Source: Ostreococcus lucimarinus (Eukaryota). Taken from it: DNA of 64,000 nucleotides. The notes beneath the pieces are model-generated. The model was not told the DNA's origin and did not search any database. It saw only the letters and a list, made by a program, of their open reading frames with translations. The position numbers and the translations under genes were made by a program. The DNA is taken from NCBI GenBank assembly GCA_000092065.1, contig CP000583.1. One strand, 5' to 3'. Shown piece after piece: positions 61,274 through 64,000 of this stretch; positions within the stretch are counted from its first letter, which is position 1; each line of letters begins with the position of its first letter.

Positions 61274-62753
61274 ATGTACGGCCGCGACCGCGACCCTCCT
61301 CCGCGGCGTCGGGACGACAGCAGGGACCGATACGACCGTCGCGATCGCCGCAGGGACTCGCGATCGCCCCCGCGCGGGCGCCGCGAGCGGTACGGCGGCG
61401 GCGGCGGCGGCCGCGGTCGCGATCCTCGACGAGGATTTCGACCCGAACGCGAGCGAAGCATGAGCCCGGGGCCGTGGGAACCGCAACCGAGGATGCGCAA
61501 GACGCTATTCGATGTTTTGCCCGAGGGTGGTGCGTCGACGCGCGCGCGCGCGCGCGATCCGTGGGCGACGAAGCGAGAGGGGCGCGAGAACGAGGACTGA
61601 CGAAGCGAAATCGCCGCGCGACGCAGTGGACCCGAATAATTTACCGCCCGTCGGGAGCGGGTACGCGCCGCCGCCGGGAATGGGATACGGCGGCAGAGGC
61701 TTGAACGCGACGGCGCAGGCGACGCGGCACGCGAGACGGATTTATGTCGGTGGAATCCCGCTCACGACGAACGAGGCGGACGTGAACGCGTTCTTTAACA
61801 ACGCGTTGCTCGCCGTCGGTGGCACGAACGGGGCGGAGGGACAACCGGTGGTGAACGTGTACATCAACGTGGAGAAAAAGTTCGCGTTCGTTGAGTTTCG
61901 TAGCGTGGAGGAGGCGTCAAACGCGCTCGCGTTGGACGGAATCGTTCTGGACGGCGTCCCGGTTCGCATTCGCAGACCGAATGATTACAACCCGTCGCTC
62001 GCACATGATTTAGGGCCGTCGATGCCCAACCCGGCGTTGAATCTCGCGGCGATCGGATTGGATCCTTCGGCTTTGCAACGCGCGGGCGTGGGTGGGAACC
62101 TTTTGCATGAACACGAGGATCGCATCTTCATCGGTGGTTTGCCGTACTTTTTAGACGAAGCCCAGATCCGGGAGTTGCTCGAAGCGTTCGGGCCGATTCG
62201 TCAATTTGATTTAGTGCGCGACAAGGAGACTGGAAATAGTAAAGGATACGGCTTCGTCGTTTACGAAGACGTCTCCGTCACGGACATCGCGTGTCAAGGG
62301 TTGAACGGCATGACGATGGGCGATAAAACGCTCACCGTGCGCCGCGCCGAGCAAAGTAACGCTCCCGGCGGCGTGCAACCTGGGATGATGAACGTGCCAC
62401 CACCGCCGCCCGCGATCGCGGCGCCTCCCACAAACCCACCGTCAACTGTGGTTTCCTTTGACAACATGGGCCTCACGGAAGAAGAATTGGCTGACGACGA
62501 AGAGTACGAAAACATCATGGAGGACATGCAAGAGGAATGTGGAAAGCACGGAGAGATTGTCTCCGTGGTCATTCCTAGACCGGGCAAGGATACAGACGAA
62601 AAGACTCCTGGAATCGGGAAGGTTTTCGTGCAGTATGCCTCTGTCGACGCCGCGACAAAGGCGCGAGATGCTCTCAACGGGAAGAAATTCGGCGGCGCCA
62701 CTGTCGTAGCGGATTTCTTGGATGAAGACGACTTCCGCGCGCGTAAATTCTAA
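61274..62753 (+). CDS. U2AF2: U2 snRNP auxiliary factor large subunit (U2AF65/U2AF2): exons 61274..61526 and 61627..62753
   Basis: Exon 1 encodes an RS/RD-rich domain. Exon 2 encodes RRM1 (RRIYVGGIPLTTNEADVNAFF…KKFAFVEFRSVEEA), RRM2 (RIFIGGLPYFLDE…KGYGFVVYED) and the C-terminal UHM (…GKVFVQYASVDAATKARDALNGKKFGG). A 100-bp GT…ggactgacg…cgcag intron restores the frame. The intron contains a (CG)9 tract. Confidence 0.8.
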
Positions 62754-62828
62754 ATTCTGAATCGTTTAGACTTCTAGGCATGACGTTGAGATAAAACTAT
62801 TAGCTACGATAAAAACTGAAAGAACGCA

Positions 62829-63998
62829 CTAGCATAAGAACTTCCAGTACAAGTACACCCCGTACCAGCCAATCAAACCGGCACCTGCGAGCGAGACGAC
62901 AGAGAGCACGATCGCGAACGCGATGGTCCAAACGACCTCGGATCGCTGCAAACGCGTCTTACGACTCTTGCGCTTCAAGCGCACCGTGCCCACAGCTTCA
63001 CTATCACCGCGTTTTAGTGTTTTACCACCTTTCATGATCACAGTGCCGCCCTCTTCTTCGTCAGCGCCTGCGTCGACGGTCGCGCTGACGTCGAACACTT
63101 CGGCGTCCAAGTCGAGCGTCATGTCGATGGGCGCCGGATAACTCGCCGTCGACCGCGAGCGCGGAACGGCAATCGTGGGATCACCCGTGAGCGTGTTCCA
63201 CACGACGCCTTGCGAGCGTTGCAAAACGCGCATGTCGCTTCGCTCGAGCGTCGATTTTGCGGCGGCAAAAATGCTCCCAACCAAGATGAGCGTCGACGCA
63301 AACGCGTCGCGCGCGAGTACGGCGCCCCCTATGCCGGCAGACATGATCAATCCGGCAAAAATCGGCTGCAGTGACCCGTAACACGCGGTGACAACCGGCG
63401 TCGTGTCCGCTTCCGCGCGCGTAGTCAACGCGTACGCCGCCGAGGCAAGCACGCCGACGGCGGCGACGGCGGCCCACGCGTTCGATTGCGTCACCAAAGC
63501 AATCGGCGCCTCCGCGGTGACGTGCTCGCGCAACACGAGAGGAACGGTGATGGCGATCCCCATGAGTGCACCCATAGTTTGCGAAACCACGGCCACGGTG
63601 ATGGGATTGTACTCGCGCAAGATGGATTCTTGAAACGCCAAGTACGCCGCGAAGAGCGCGCTTCGAAATAGCAACAGAATATTACCCGAGCTCAGCCACA
63701 TTCGCGCCGGATCGAGGAGTAATATCGTCCCGATCACGCTCAACGCGATCGCGGAGAATTTACCCACGCTCGGCCTCTCGATTCCTTGAAACACGGCGAT
63801 CGTGCACGAATACACCGGCACCAATTGCCCCAGGACGACGGCGTTTCCGAGCGACGCCCGCTTCAATCCGTACGCCAAACATATTTGCGCCAAACAAACG
63901 CACGCCGCGAGCAGAATCATCACGGTCGACGTGCACAGCGCGTTCCTTTTCTTCACATTATTCAACTCCCGCATCGTCTCCCCTCGCACGCGCGCCAA
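62829..63998 (-). CDS. EamA/DMT-superfamily transporter (10 TM)
   Basis: Two EamA-like 5-TM halves. The hydrophilic central loop carries a Ser/Thr-rich and acidic segment. C-terminal TM helices. Confidence 0.65.
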   Translation of the reverse strand: MARVRGETMRELNNVKKRNALCTSTVMILLAACVCLAQICLAYGLKRASLGNAVVLGQLVPVYSCTIAVFQGIERPSVGKFSAIALSVIGTILLLDPARMWLSSGNILLLFRSALFAAYLAFQESILREYNPITVAVVSQTMGALMGIAITVPLVLREHVTAEAPIALVTQSNAWAAVAAVGVLASAAYALTTRAEADTTPVVTACYGSLQPIFAGLIMSAGIGGAVLARDAFASTLILVGSIFAAAKSTLERSDMRVLQRSQGVVWNTLTGDPTIAVPRSRSTASYPAPIDMTLDLDAEVFDVSATVDAGADEEEGGTVIMKGGKTLKRGDSEAVGTVRLKRKSRKTRLQRSEVVWTIAFAIVLSVVSLAGAGLIGWYGVYLYWKFLC

Positions 63999-64000
63999 CA

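Noticed and set aside
33293-61626. Introner-element (repeated mobile intron) hypothesis for the three short introns
   Set aside because: The three intron sequences share only splice-site and branch motifs (GT…ACTGACG…AG) and no extended similarity to each other. That is consistent with ordinary ancient introns, not a recent introner family.
1-64000. tRNA, rRNA or snoRNA genes
   Set aside because: Scanning by eye found no convincing tRNA cloverleaf (no GTTCGA/TTCGAATC T-arm in an appropriate ~72-nt context outside coding regions). An RNA search tool is needed, so none is reported.

Overview
This window is a GC-rich (~65-70%), gene-dense chromosome end from a eukaryote. It opens with ~30 CCCTAAA telomere repeats at 1..210 (G-strand TTTAGGG, Arabidopsis type), followed by ~64 kb of compact nuclear genes on both strands. 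About 40 protein-coding genes are supportable. Most are single-exon ORFs, but at least three carry one short (56-100 bp) GT-AG intron with an ACTGACG branch-like motif. Gene content is typical eukaryotic housekeeping plus several plastid-type functions. Housekeeping genes include OSBP, mitochondrial-type NAD-MDH, TBCB, NOP2, ABCC transporter, Clp1, SF3B1, U2AF65, sorting nexin, TSG101, phosducin-like proteins, OPA3, RAMP4, MFS and EamA transporters, and an FBH1-like F-box/UvrD helicase. Plastid-type genes include a redox-loop FBPase, a BASS transporter, PDX1, an S1-domain protein with a Thr-rich N-terminus and a DOMON-cyt b561 protein. Together these suggest a GC-rich, intron-poor photosynthetic protist or alga; a Mamiellales-like prasinophyte is a guess, not established. 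Intergenic spacers are very short, with several bidirectional promoters under 150 bp and one ATGA stop/start overlap. There is no prokaryotic operon, CRISPR array or recognisable transposon. Five observations stand out. A ~250 bp subtelomeric segment (the 3' end of a J-domain gene) is duplicated, inverted, 27 kb inside the chromosome. A perfect 41-bp palindrome lies upstream of OSBP. A 1179-aa protein fuses a large lumenal domain to a PqiA-like membrane domain. Two bacterial-type SAM methyltransferases are present. Microsatellite and tandem repeats sit in promoters. Many long R/A-rich ORFs in the six-frame track are antisense artefacts of GC bias and are rejected.
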